Below, in pieces: positions 21,181 through 31,114 of a stretch of 64,000 bases of DNA. The stretch is from an uncultured bacterium (GTDB lineage Bacteria; Omnitrophota; Gorgyraeia; Duberdicusellales; CBEUCJ01), in the NCBI GenBank assembly GCA_965541615.1, contig CBEUCJ010000002.1:159795-223794 (forward strand), in the 5' to 3' direction. The notes below the pieces were generated by a model. That model saw only the letters and a list, made by a program, of their open reading frames with translations. It made no database searches and was not told the origin of the DNA. Both the position numbers and the translations under genes were made by a program. Position 1 is the first letter of the stretch; each line of letters opens with the position of its first letter.

Positions 21181-22005
21181 TTATTTTTGAGATTTTTTTA
21201 GCAAAATATGTAAAGAAAAAGGCTGGTCTAAAGGAACTTTTTGAGGTAAAGTAATTTTCCCTATTTTTGATTTTTTTAATTCTTCTATAAGAGATTTGAA
21301 TTTTTTATAGGAGAGTTTTACTGTTAATTCAAAAAAATCAGATTCCTCTGAAGAATAGATAATTTTTATATTAAGTTTTTGTAAAATTTCTTTTAAGTTT
21401 TTAAAAGCTTTTTTGATATCTTTGCTCTCAATATTTAAACTATACATTTTTGAAATCCTTTTAGAAAGAAATTGTTTATTTATTTCTTCCTTTTTTATTC
21501 CTTTGATCATCTTTCCTCCTATTGGAACTGTTTCTTTTTCTATTAAAATCTTTCCTTTTCTGCCTCCTTCCCAAGGAGCCTGATAAGTTAGTTTCTCTGA
21601 AAAGAATCTGTGTTTTTTAAAATCTTTTAATTTATATTCTTTTTCAGAAACAGTCTTTGAAAGATAATATATATTTACAGTTTTAAAGACTGCTATTACA
21701 AAAATAATCATAACACATACAGCTAAAGGCACTCTTATATTAGGATTTTTAAGCAATTCATTTAGGAATTTATTTAAAGCTTTTCTTCTTCTTATTCTTT
21801 CATGTAGGGTTTTTAAAAAATCTGGAGGGGTATCTTCTTTTTTTAAATTCTTTAATATCTCTAACATTTTAATGAGTTTATTTAATTCTTTTCTGCAGGC
21901 TTCACATTTAGATAAGTGTTCTTCTACCAAATTTAAGTTTTCTTTATCTAAAACTCCATCTATATATTCAGAAAAAAGTTCTCTTATTTTTCTGCAGTCT
22001 TTCAT
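21181..22005 (-). CDS. membrane-anchored anti-sigma factor (zf-HC2 type)
   Basis: 274 aa; N-terminal HLSKCEACRKEL zinc finger, single TM; 4-nt overlap with the ECF sigma gene. Confidence 0.6.
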   Translation of the reverse strand: MKDCRKIRELFSEYIDGVLDKENLNLVEEHLSKCEACRKELNKLIKMLEILKNLKKEDTPPDFLKTLHERIRRRKALNKFLNELLKNPNIRVPLAVCVMIIFVIAVFKTVNIYYLSKTVSEKEYKLKDFKKHRFFSEKLTYQAPWEGGRKGKILIEKETVPIGGKMIKGIKKEEINKQFLSKRISKMYSLNIESKDIKKAFKNLKEILQKLNIKIIYSSEESDFFELTVKLSYKKFKSLIEELKKSKIGKITLPQKVPLDQPFSLHILLKKSQK

Positions 22006-22583
22006 AAAATTTTCTCCAATTTTTCTTTTAAGATATTTCTTGCTCTATTTAATCTTGATTTTACTGTCCCTAAATCTATATTTAAGATTTTAGCTATCTC
22101 TTTATATTCTAAACCTTCGATATCTCTCAAAATAATAATCTCTTTATATTCAGGATTTAAAGAAAATAATGCTTTTATTACCAAAGATTGTTTTTCTTTT
22201 TCTTCCAAAACTTTCTTAGGATTGGGGCAAGAGCTTTCAAATTCTCTTTTTAATTTACCTTCAGCAGTCTCAAGAGGTTCATCTATAGAGAAATATTCTA
22301 ACTTCCTTCTTCTTAAAGCTTTCAATCTACTTCTGCAAGAGTTTAAGGTAATTTTATAAAGATATGTAGAAAATTTAGCTTCAAATCTGAAATTTTTCAA
22401 AGATTCATAAACTTTTAAGAATATATCTTGAGTAACTTCTAAAGCTTCATCATAATCACCTAACATTTTTAAACATACATTAAAGACCATCTGTTTATAT
22501 TTCAAAACTAGCTTATCAAAATATGCAATATCTCCTTCTAAAAACTTTCCAATAATTTCCTTATCCTCTATATTATTAGACAC
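22002..22583 (-). CDS. ECF (sigma-24 / group 4) RNA polymerase sigma factor
   Basis: 193 aa; sigma70 region 2 (FNVCLKMLGDYDEALEVTQDIFLKVY) and region 4 HTH. Confidence 0.85.
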   Translation of the reverse strand: MSNNIEDKEIIGKFLEGDIAYFDKLVLKYKQMVFNVCLKMLGDYDEALEVTQDIFLKVYESLKNFRFEAKFSTYLYKITLNSCRSRLKALRRRKLEYFSIDEPLETAEGKLKREFESSCPNPKKVLEEKEKQSLVIKALFSLNPEYKEIIILRDIEGLEYKEIAKILNIDLGTVKSRLNRARNILKEKLEKIL

Positions 22584-22610
22584 TTGGAAGGCTTAGAAGT
22601 TCTTGAAAAA

Positions 22611-23342
22611 TTAAAATTTATAACAGATTCCTACTTGTGTAAAAAAGCCATCTACATCTATATCTATTAAATTATCGTCATCTTCATAATCTATATCTGT
22701 GCCTTTGTATGCTAACGTTACTCTTAAATATTTTAAAGGTTTTAAGATAACACCTCCTATATATTCTATATAACTTGCATCAGAATACCCTATTCCATTA
22801 ACTTGAGAAAATAATGCAAGGTATTTAAAATCTGCTTGAGCTTTTAATCCTATCGTTGGAAGAGGCAAACTCTCTGAATAACTTTCATCATTTCCTCCAC
22901 CTTTTATGTTTATTTTGGCATCATATAAAGATACTTTAAAAAGGGGTGATATTTTTATAGCATATAATTTCAAGAGATCATAATAATATAAAAATTCATA
23001 AAGAGAGTATTCTAATTTACTTTCTACATAAGTGTTAATGGCATATGTTTTATTTCTAAAGGTTATCTGTCTTGATAGAGTATTTGCACCTTTAAATTCA
23101 AAATCAGAAAAATTAAATAAAAAATGGTGTTTACCTAAACCTATTTTTAAAAATCCTCCTTCTACATTATCATCTTTTAAACCCAGATCATCTTTCACAT
23201 TAATTTTTATTCCTTCAGATTTTACCTTTCCATCTAAGCTAGCATCAAAATAATTAAATCCTCCTGCTATCTCTACACCACAGTAAGCTTTGGCTAATAA
23301 GAACAAAAATGCAATGCTAATAATTAAACTTTTTCTTAACAT
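22611..23342 (-). CDS. putative outer-membrane beta-barrel protein
   Basis: 243 aa; signal peptide, alternating amphipathic beta pattern, C-terminal ...GICYKF (terminal Phe). Confidence 0.4.
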   Translation of the reverse strand: MLRKSLIISIAFLFLLAKAYCGVEIAGGFNYFDASLDGKVKSEGIKINVKDDLGLKDDNVEGGFLKIGLGKHHFLFNFSDFEFKGANTLSRQITFRNKTYAINTYVESKLEYSLYEFLYYYDLLKLYAIKISPLFKVSLYDAKINIKGGGNDESYSESLPLPTIGLKAQADFKYLALFSQVNGIGYSDASYIEYIGGVILKPLKYLRVTLAYKGTDIDYEDDDNLIDIDVDGFFTQVGICYKF

Positions 23343-23848
23343 CTTTTACCTCCCCTTTTTAAGATTAACCTCTTTAAACTTTTCCTTTTTCCTTCCTTAG
23401 GTAACTTCAAAGGCTTTCCCAGAGCAATTACTGCTTCTAATACCAGATTTTTAGAAAGGTTTAAGACTTTATTAATCTCTTCTCTTTTATTTAAAATCTC
23501 TCCTAACCAGCAAGCACCTAATCTTTTAGAATGAATATACAAAAGCATATTCTGAATGCACGCTCCTATTGCCATCAAATCTTTTTCATAATGATAAGAA
23601 GCTTCTTTATCTAAAAATACTAAAATGAGTTTGTCTGCTCCTTTAATGATATAAGAATACTTTGTGTATTTGGCTAAGTTATCTTTCTCTTTTCCTTCCA
23701 AAACCATAAATCTCCAAGGCTGATTGTTTAAACCTGAAGGTGCCCATCTACCTGCTTCTAATATTTCTTCTACTATTTCAAAAGGGATTTTTTCTTTCTT
23801 AAATTTCCTCGCTGACCTTCTTGTTCTTATCAAATCTAAGATTTCCAT
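23336..23848 (-). CDS. nitroreductase family protein
   Basis: 170 aa; N-terminal RRSARKFKKEKIP motif. Confidence 0.7.
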   Translation of the reverse strand: MEILDLIRTRRSARKFKKEKIPFEIVEEILEAGRWAPSGLNNQPWRFMVLEGKEKDNLAKYTKYSYIIKGADKLILVFLDKEASYHYEKDLMAIGACIQNMLLYIHSKRLGACWLGEILNKREEINKVLNLSKNLVLEAVIALGKPLKLPKEGKRKSLKRLILKRGGKRC

Positions 23849-23860
23849 AAAATTTAACCT

Positions 23861-24274
23861 TTAAATACCTTCTGGATGCTCTGGCAAAATCTCTTTATCT
23901 CTTAAAAGGACTAAAATCGCTGAATGAGGTACAACTACATATTTTTTGCCTTCAAAATTAATCTCTACTGCTTGTTTTTTCAAAAAAATGCATTTATCAC
24001 CTTCTTTTGCCTGTAAAGGAAAATATCTCTTTTCTACTTTAGAAGTCTGCCAAGGTTCAGAATCTAAGACTGAAGGGTCAGGAATTAAGTAACCAGGTCC
24101 TGTTTTTATTACAGTCCCTACTTGAACTTCTTCTTTTTCTTTTGCTCCTTGAGGAAGGTATAAACCAGTTTCAGTTTGTGAACTTTCTTCTTCAGGCAGG
24201 ATTAAAACTTTATCTCCTACTAAGATTATTTCTTTTTTTATTTTTTTGTTTAGTGCATCTGAAAGTTCATTCAT
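23861..24274 (-). CDS. divergent GroES/Cpn10-like paralog with ~27-aa insertion
   Basis: 137 aa; VGDKVLILPEE...TETGLYLPQGAKEKEEVQVGTVIKTGPG and KEGDKCIFLKK...VVPHSAILVLL align to the GroES gene in this window. Confidence 0.45.
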   Translation of the reverse strand: MNELSDALNKKIKKEIILVGDKVLILPEEESSQTETGLYLPQGAKEKEEVQVGTVIKTGPGYLIPDPSVLDSEPWQTSKVEKRYFPLQAKEGDKCIFLKKQAVEINFEGKKYVVVPHSAILVLLRDKEILPEHPEGI

Positions 24275-24327
24275 ATTTTTACTTTAACAAAATTCTATAC
24301 TTTTTCAAGTTTTAAAGAAATTCTATC

Positions 24328-26631
24328 TTATAAAAAATGCTTTTCTTTCAAAGCCTCTATAAACAAGTCTACGAGCATCGGATTGAATTGAGTTCCTTTG
24401 CTTTTCTCTAATTCTTTAACAGCTTCTTTTATAGTATAAGCCTTCTTGTAATCTCTTCCTGTAACCATTGCATCAAAAGCATCTGCTATACTGATAATTT
24501 GAGCACCTAAAGGGATCATATCACCTGCTAATCCGTAAGGGTAACCTGTTCCATCGAATCTTTCATGGTGATATAAGATGTAAGGAATTATGTCTTTGAA
24601 TTCTTTTACATGTTCTAAAATTTTTGCACCTATGATTTCATGTTGTTTAATTATATTAAATTCTTCAGGTGTTAATTTTCCTTTTTTATGAAGAATAGTG
24701 TCAGGTATTCCAATCTTTCCTAAGTCATGTAATAGAGCTGCTTTTTTTATTTTTTCTATTTCTTCTGGAGGTAGTTGTAATTTTTCAGCTAACATTACTG
24801 CATATTCACAAACTCTTTGAGTATGACCTTGAGTATAAGGGTCTTTGGCTTCTAAAGATTTAATAAGAGAAGTTATCAATTCAAAATAAGCTTCTTTTAC
24901 TTTCCTTTGTTCATTTTTTAACTCTTCTACCAATTTCATAAGTTCTCTGTTTTTCTCTTCAATATCTTTGTCTAAAAATTCTAACATATCTCGAAATTCA
25001 ACTTCTTTCTTCAAAGCTGAAGGGATTGAATGAGGATCTATTTTAACTACCTTTTCTTCTGTTTCTTTTAACTTCATAGAAACAAAAGTTATTAAATCTT
25101 TAATAGGGATCTTTTTGCTAAATAAACATAACCCAATTTTTAACTGACTTTTTACATTTTGCTCTTGTAAGAATTTTTCTATTTCAAATTTTAATCTATC
25201 TATTAAAAAATTTATATTTTTAGAATTTGTTTTTATAAGACCTACTAAGATTTCTTCTCCATAAAGGCTCCATATTTTTGATTGAGTATATAAGATAGAT
25301 TTCATCCCTCTCCAGAAATCTTTAACAAAATTATATTCTTTTTCTTTCAAAAAAGAATTTAGAGATGAAATGTAAATTAAAATTATATAACAACGCTGTA
25401 GATGAGAAAAAGAAGTTTCAATATCTGTACGATAATAAAAATATCTTAAAACATAAAATCCTGTGAGAGGATCTATAACAGACTTATTTTTTATCTTAAC
25501 TAAAAGTTTTAAAAATGATACATACTTATAAACATTGCCTAACCCCAAATAACTGATCATCAAAAACGCAAGGTTTCCAAAAGAAAGAAGATAGTTTTTA
25601 GAATATAAAAATACACTCAGCCAAAATAGGAGTAGAAGTGCTCCTGTACATAAGATTACATTCCTCAAAAAAGAAAAATGGTATATTATTTGTCCTGAAA
25701 TTATTACTAAAATAAAAGCTATTATTAAATTTACTAAAAAGGGTAAAGTTTTTAATATTTCCTGATTAAGAATATTTAAAACTGTATTTATATGGATTAA
25801 AACCCCGGGTAATCTTCCTATAGGTGTAAAATGAAAATCATGGATTATTTCAGAAGTAGGCCCAACAAATACCAGTGCATTTTTAAAAATGTCTTTTTTA
25901 AACTCCCCCTTTAATACATCATAAAAAGGAATAACCTTTATATCTTTTAATTTTACTTTATATTTTATGGGAAAAGTAGCCTTCAAAGTGAGTGGAATTT
26001 GAGTTTTATCTATTTGAATTTTTCTTTCATATCTTTTTATTTCTTTAATAAAAGGATAGAGTTTGGCTACTTTTATAGCAAAAGAGTAGTCAAAAAAGTC
26101 ACCAAACTCTAAATAAGCTCTTGAAAATCTTATCTTATTATCTTTATCTGCAGGGGTATTTAAAAATCCTATTGCTTGAGAATTTTTTATAAATTCTTCT
26201 TGAGGTAAAACAGGTTTTCCTTTTTTGTCTATAAAATAAGATAAGATTACTTTTCCTTTGAATCTCTTTAAAGAATTAGAGAATTGAACATCTTCAGAGG
26301 CTATATTTGATTTTCCTGAAAAGACTATATCAAACGCTACAGTGTTAGCTTGATATAAATTAAGAATATTTAAAAGTTGAGCATAAACTGATCTTTTCCA
26401 CGGCCATTTTGAATGGATGTTTCTTAAAGAGTAATCATCGATCGAAATTAAGATAATTTTATCAAAAAGAGGCTGCTCTTTATGAGTATGAGAAAGGTAA
26501 TAATGAAAAGAAGGTATAATATCAGAAAGTTTAAGAACTGGAATTTGAATAAAATCTAAATTTAAAAAAGTTATCCCTACACAGAAAAAACCTATTATCC
26601 AAACTATTAACAGCTTCTTATTAATCAACAT
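24328..26631 (-). CDS. CHASE2 sensor domain / HD-GYP phosphodiesterase
   Basis: 767 aa; N-terminal periplasmic domain followed by multiple TM helices; C-terminal HTQRV...HDLGKIGIPD...HHERFDGTGYPYGL (HD-GYP). Confidence 0.8.
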   Translation of the reverse strand: MLINKKLLIVWIIGFFCVGITFLNLDFIQIPVLKLSDIIPSFHYYLSHTHKEQPLFDKIILISIDDYSLRNIHSKWPWKRSVYAQLLNILNLYQANTVAFDIVFSGKSNIASEDVQFSNSLKRFKGKVILSYFIDKKGKPVLPQEEFIKNSQAIGFLNTPADKDNKIRFSRAYLEFGDFFDYSFAIKVAKLYPFIKEIKRYERKIQIDKTQIPLTLKATFPIKYKVKLKDIKVIPFYDVLKGEFKKDIFKNALVFVGPTSEIIHDFHFTPIGRLPGVLIHINTVLNILNQEILKTLPFLVNLIIAFILVIISGQIIYHFSFLRNVILCTGALLLLFWLSVFLYSKNYLLSFGNLAFLMISYLGLGNVYKYVSFLKLLVKIKNKSVIDPLTGFYVLRYFYYRTDIETSFSHLQRCYIILIYISSLNSFLKEKEYNFVKDFWRGMKSILYTQSKIWSLYGEEILVGLIKTNSKNINFLIDRLKFEIEKFLQEQNVKSQLKIGLCLFSKKIPIKDLITFVSMKLKETEEKVVKIDPHSIPSALKKEVEFRDMLEFLDKDIEEKNRELMKLVEELKNEQRKVKEAYFELITSLIKSLEAKDPYTQGHTQRVCEYAVMLAEKLQLPPEEIEKIKKAALLHDLGKIGIPDTILHKKGKLTPEEFNIIKQHEIIGAKILEHVKEFKDIIPYILYHHERFDGTGYPYGLAGDMIPLGAQIISIADAFDAMVTGRDYKKAYTIKEAVKELEKSKGTQFNPMLVDLFIEALKEKHFL

Positions 26632-26695
26632 TTAAAAATTTTATAATATTTTCTTTTAGAAAAAAAGATTATTTTTTAAAATTTTAAAAAATTAC

Positions 26696-27499
26696 TTAGT
26701 GAGAGTGCATATAATGATGGAGAGAATCATCATGGTCGTTATCATGGTCATTATCATAGTCATCATCTAAATGTTTTTTATCAGGATGTGAAGTAGGAGT
26801 TTTTATATGTTTTTTTGTGTGAGGATAAGGAAGATAGCTTTTAGTTTTAGATTTTTTAACAGGATACCCAGATGGTTTTTTAGAAAGTTTTTTTGTATTA
26901 CTAACTTCCTTTCCTTTATTTATGCAATTTGCAAAATTCCTTTTGAAAAAGAGAGTATAACTTTTGTGTCTCTTAGCCAAATCACTTAAAGAAGAAAAAC
27001 ATTCAGAATCACAGTCTCCTATTATTATATAATCATCAGGTAAATTTTTGTATTCTTCATAACTTATGTTTCTTATATTACAATTTATACCATAGGAAAA
27101 TCCAGAAGGATAAGGTGTAGGGTCTGCAGGACAAGTAAGAGTTTTCATATCTCCTAAATATCTCCTAATCCAACTTTCAGTTGCATAAGCTAAACCTCTA
27201 TTGCTCAAATCTACAATAAAATAAGCTAACTTAATTTTCCACTTTCCTTCTTTTTTTAAAATCTGCGCCCATGCTTTGCGTAAATCTTTTGATCTTAATT
27301 CTCCTAAGGATCCTGGCAATTGATCATTTTCTATAGCATAACTTTCTAAAGCTGTGGCTAATACTTTTAAATTTGTTTCACATACTTTAGCTTTTGCTTT
27401 TTCTACTGCGTTATGATATAAAGGAATAGCAATTGTGGCAATTATTCCTATTACTATTATTACGATCATCAATTCTATTAAAGTAAAACTCTTCCTCAT
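26696..27499 (-). CDS. prepilin-type N-terminal cleavage/methylation domain protein with His/Asp-rich C-terminal tail
   Basis: 267 aa; MRKSFTLIELMIVIIVIGIIA class III signal; C-terminus DDDYDNDHDNDHDDSLHHYMHSH. Confidence 0.7.
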   Translation of the reverse strand: MRKSFTLIELMIVIIVIGIIATIAIPLYHNAVEKAKAKVCETNLKVLATALESYAIENDQLPGSLGELRSKDLRKAWAQILKKEGKWKIKLAYFIVDLSNRGLAYATESWIRRYLGDMKTLTCPADPTPYPSGFSYGINCNIRNISYEEYKNLPDDYIIIGDCDSECFSSLSDLAKRHKSYTLFFKRNFANCINKGKEVSNTKKLSKKPSGYPVKKSKTKSYLPYPHTKKHIKTPTSHPDKKHLDDDYDNDHDNDHDDSLHHYMHSH

Positions 27500-27546
27500 C
27501 TCCTATTTCAATATATCACAAAACTTTTTCATCTTCAATTCTCAAT

Positions 27547-28104
27547 TTAAATTTTTAAAAGTTTTTTATGATAGGGACATAATTGATAAGATTTCTTGTC
27601 TGTATCTAACAAACTATTTGAAAAATACATTACACATTTGGGGTTAGAACAATGTTTTAATCCATAGAGGTGACCTATTTCATGGACAGCTTCTTTTAAA
27701 GCTCTGATTTTTAATAAATTTTCATCTTCAGGAAGACCGTAAAAACTCTGTCTTAATCTACATAAAGAGATTATAGCTACACCTCTTCCAACGAAAGCCT
27801 CTCCAAATATAAAATTTAATCCTTCTGTATACAAATCCAAATCACATATTAACAAAACTTTAGAGTAATCTTTGGGTTTAGAGACCAAATAATTCTTTAA
27901 GATTAAATCTGCATTGTATTGACCTCTTTTAAAATTAAATGCGTATTGGGGAATCTCCAAAAACTTTTGAGAAACTTCTACTTTTGCTTCAAAAATCTCT
28001 TCTAATTTTTCTTTTAAAAAACTGAGTATTTTTGGAGCTATTTTATCTATAGGTTGCAACAAAATTTTTTCTTTTGCACAAGCCATAGGACTAAATAAAA
28101 ACAA
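27547..28104 (-). CDS. archaemetzincin-like zinc metallopeptidase (M54)
   Basis: 185 aa; HEIGHLYGLKHCSNPKCVM (HExxHxxGxxHC). Confidence 0.8.
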   Translation of the reverse strand: MFLFSPMACAKEKILLQPIDKIAPKILSFLKEKLEEIFEAKVEVSQKFLEIPQYAFNFKRGQYNADLILKNYLVSKPKDYSKVLLICDLDLYTEGLNFIFGEAFVGRGVAIISLCRLRQSFYGLPEDENLLKIRALKEAVHEIGHLYGLKHCSNPKCVMYFSNSLLDTDKKSYQLCPYHKKLLKI

Positions 28105-28359
28105 TTTAAATAGAAAAAGTAAAATTTCCTTTCTTTATTAAATCTTTTTTCCTCAAAGGATACAATAAAAATGAATTAAAAAACATTTACTTTTTCCTTT
28201 TAAAAAACCTTAACTCGTGTTCTTTAGGATATATCCAAAAATAAATACCAAATATCTTTAAAATACGCCAGTCTTCGAATTTAGATTTATAATACCAAGG
28301 TTTAGAAAAAAGATTAAATTTTGATTCCAACCCTTTAGATATATGATACAATTTTATCT

Positions 28360-28715
28360 TCATTCTAATTTAAATCCCATAATTTCAAACATTTTTATTA
28401 ATCTGTGTCGGTAAGTATGATTATTTTTTACATATTCAAACCCTTTTTTGGCTATCTTTTCTCTATCTTCTTGTAAGATTTAGGTAAATGAGTGTCAGCT
28501 ACCCACCAGGCAGATGGGTGTAAATTATGAGGAATATCTAAAGTATAATCTCCATCATCTATCCTAAAATACAAATCAAAACCTCCTTTTACCTTCTGAA
28601 TTTCATTTAAATCAAATTGGGCGATCTCTAAATTTTTATAATTTTCTAAAATCTTTTGACAACGCTCCCCTAAACCTGTCCGTTGATTTCTATTGTAAAT
28701 TAAGGCTACTTTCAT
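28360..28715 (-). pseudogene. remnant of a CgeB/DUF3880-like glycosyltransferase (internal deletion plus frame break)
   Basis: 87-aa ORF (28452-28715) ends ...SAWWVADTHLP; the shifted downstream frame continues IAKKGFEYVKNNHTYRHRLIKMFEIMGFKLE*, resembling a CgeB-type C-terminus; the catalytic middle part is missing. Confidence 0.3.
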
Positions 28716-28759
28716 TTGAGATTTAAATTAATGTTTTTAATGTGAAAATGACTAAAACA

Positions 28760-29716
28760 TTACTTAAAATTCTTGTGTAAAAAGTCAGAAATTTCTTGAG
28801 CATCTTTTTCTATTCCAAGTGATTTAAATAAATTAAAAGCTTTAATTAAATAATCTTTTCCAAGAGCTTTATCTCCCTGGTCTATATACAGCAACCCAAT
28901 GTATTCATAGGCACTAGCTTCCCAAAATTTATCTCCTATATTTTGAATTTTTCTTAATCCTTCAAAAAGATACTTTTCACTTAGAGCGTAATCTTTAATT
29001 TCTCTATAAAATTCACCTAAACTGATTATATTTTTGGCTAAAAGATGGTGATTGCCACAACTTTTAGCAGTCTCTATAGCCTTCTTAAAGTAATCCAAAG
29101 CTTTTTCATAATCTTTTTTATTTTTATAAACTAATGCCATTCCTGAATATACATTTGCTCTTTCTTCTTCTGTTTTTGCAAGTTTGAGAGCTTTTTCATA
29201 ATAATCTAAAGCTTTTTTAAAATCTTTCCTTTCAGCATGAACTAAAGCTATGTTGCCTAAAATAAGAGTCTTTAATTGAAGATCGTTCTGTTTTTCTGTA
29301 AGATTTAGAGCTTTATTGTAATAAAAAATAGCTTTATCTAAATCTCTTTCTTGGAAATAAACCATCCCTATTGAATTGTAAATTACCCCCAGATAAAATT
29401 CTGGATTATTTGAGTAAAGACTTAAATCTTCAGCTATTTTAAACTCTTCCAATGCTAAATCAAACATTCCTATATTATAGTAACTCATCCCCAAACATAC
29501 ATGAGCAAAAAGACTTCCAGGATACAGAGCGATTGCTTTTTTACCTGATTCTATTGCTTCATAATACCTTCTTGAATTAAGAAAATAAACACATTTTTCT
29601 GTATATTTCATACATAACTGAATGAACTTTGTAATCTTGCTTTGAGTTTGTAAAGTAGGTATGAAGATTAAGATAAAGAAAAGCAAAAATTTATAGCAAT
29701 TTTTAATTCTAAACAT
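28760..29716 (-). CDS. TPR-repeat protein with signal peptide
   Basis: 318 aa; multiple 34-aa TPR units (AxxxYxxAL..P). Confidence 0.7.
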   Translation of the reverse strand: MFRIKNCYKFLLFFILIFIPTLQTQSKITKFIQLCMKYTEKCVYFLNSRRYYEAIESGKKAIALYPGSLFAHVCLGMSYYNIGMFDLALEEFKIAEDLSLYSNNPEFYLGVIYNSIGMVYFQERDLDKAIFYYNKALNLTEKQNDLQLKTLILGNIALVHAERKDFKKALDYYEKALKLAKTEEERANVYSGMALVYKNKKDYEKALDYFKKAIETAKSCGNHHLLAKNIISLGEFYREIKDYALSEKYLFEGLRKIQNIGDKFWEASAYEYIGLLYIDQGDKALGKDYLIKAFNLFKSLGIEKDAQEISDFLHKNFK

Positions 29717-29750
29717 CTCCCCATTATTCTATGGCATAAAATCTGATTGG

Positions 29751-30533
29751 TTATTTAATCTCAATTATTCTTCCTACTCCATACTCAATAAAATTTTCTT
29801 TATATTCCTTTCTGAAAGCTTCTCTCACTAAATCACCTGTGCAATGGGAAGGAGCAACTTTTTCAACTTTTAATTTTCTAAATTCTTTAACACAAGATAT
29901 CGGAGGATAATGAAATCCTCCTACAACTAAGTATACTTTATCTTTTTTCATCAATTCTTTGGCTTTTTTTACAATATTTACAATTCCAGGATGAGCGCAA
30001 CCTGTAATGACTATCAATCCTTTTTTTGAATCAATAATTAAAGATTGCTCTACTGGAGGACCTAGAAGCTCTCCAGTTGTATAAATAAAATCAGAGATTT
30101 TTCTTGGAATTGAAACTTCTATAAGTTCTGCTCCTTTTTGAACTATCATATTTTTTACAGACTGGGGAAATGATTTAGGAACAAAAACTGTAACATTATT
30201 ATTTTTCTCTAAAAAACCTTCTAATCCTCCTATGTGATCTGCATGAATATGAGAGATAACTACTTTTTTAATTGAAGAAGGCTTAATATTTAATTTTTCC
30301 ATATTAAAGAGCAGAATCTTTGAGTTTCCTCCTGTATCAAAAAGTATTGATTCATAAGGAGTCTTTATTACTGTAGCAAAACCCCAGGCAGGTTTAAGCT
30401 TTTTATCTACTTGATAGTTATCATATACAGAGATTAAAGTTATTTTTGGTTTTTCTTTCTCAGCCTGAGCTAAAAACCAAAATCCTCCTACTAAAATTAA
30501 GATTCCTATTAAATTCAAAATTCTCAACTTCAT
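29751..30533 (-). CDS. MBL-fold metallo-hydrolase, secreted
   Basis: 260 aa; signal peptide; HxHxDH motif SHIHADHIGG. Confidence 0.75.
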   Translation of the reverse strand: MKLRILNLIGILILVGGFWFLAQAEKEKPKITLISVYDNYQVDKKLKPAWGFATVIKTPYESILFDTGGNSKILLFNMEKLNIKPSSIKKVVISHIHADHIGGLEGFLEKNNNVTVFVPKSFPQSVKNMIVQKGAELIEVSIPRKISDFIYTTGELLGPPVEQSLIIDSKKGLIVITGCAHPGIVNIVKKAKELMKKDKVYLVVGGFHYPPISCVKEFRKLKVEKVAPSHCTGDLVREAFRKEYKENFIEYGVGRIIEIK

Positions 30534-30692
30534 CCCATTTCAATCTCAACATTTAATTTTACCATATATATTTAACCAAAACTAAAATTTTAATTTCTTA
30601 TAGAACACAATGGTAATTTACAAACGAAGTTATCTGGCTGTTACAGAAAAGGAAATTATAAAAATATAAGATTCGTCCATCTTTTGGTATTT

Positions 30693-31109
30693 TTACTTTG
30701 TGTTCTCTATATAATAAGCTAAATCCTTTCCTCTATTTTCATAATAATTCAAAACTTTAAGCATATTTTGAATTGCACCTTCCACAAATTTTTTAGCTAA
30801 TTTAAGTCTCTCAGATTCATTTAAATACTTTTCTGCCTGCTTTAAAATCATAAAACCAGAGTTAAAATGCTCTCGGGGATAAAAAGAACCTGCATAATAC
30901 CCGTAATGATTATAAAAATGCAAGATAATCTCTTTCTGAGATAAAAATTCTAAGAGTTTTTTATTAATGGTTACTTCTCCAAAAATATAAATTTCTTGAA
31001 TGTTTTCTACAGGGATGTATTTTCTTTTATTATTTTGTGCTTCAAAAAAGATAGTGTTTTGTTTTCTTTGAATCTTTCCATTTGAAAAAACAAAAATAGA
31101 CCTTTTCAT
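30693..31109 (-). pseudogene. cas1: truncated cas1 (N-terminal 138 aa only; sequence type resembles type I-B Cas1)
   Basis: MKRSIFVFSNGKIQRKQNTIFFE...YIPVENIQEIYIFGEVTINKKLLEFLSQKEIILHFYNHYGYYAGSFYPREHFNSGFMILKQAEKYL resembles Cas1 N-terminal beta-sandwich; C-terminal catalytic domain absent (only 160 bp before next gene). Confidence 0.7.
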
Positions 31110-31114
31110 TAACT

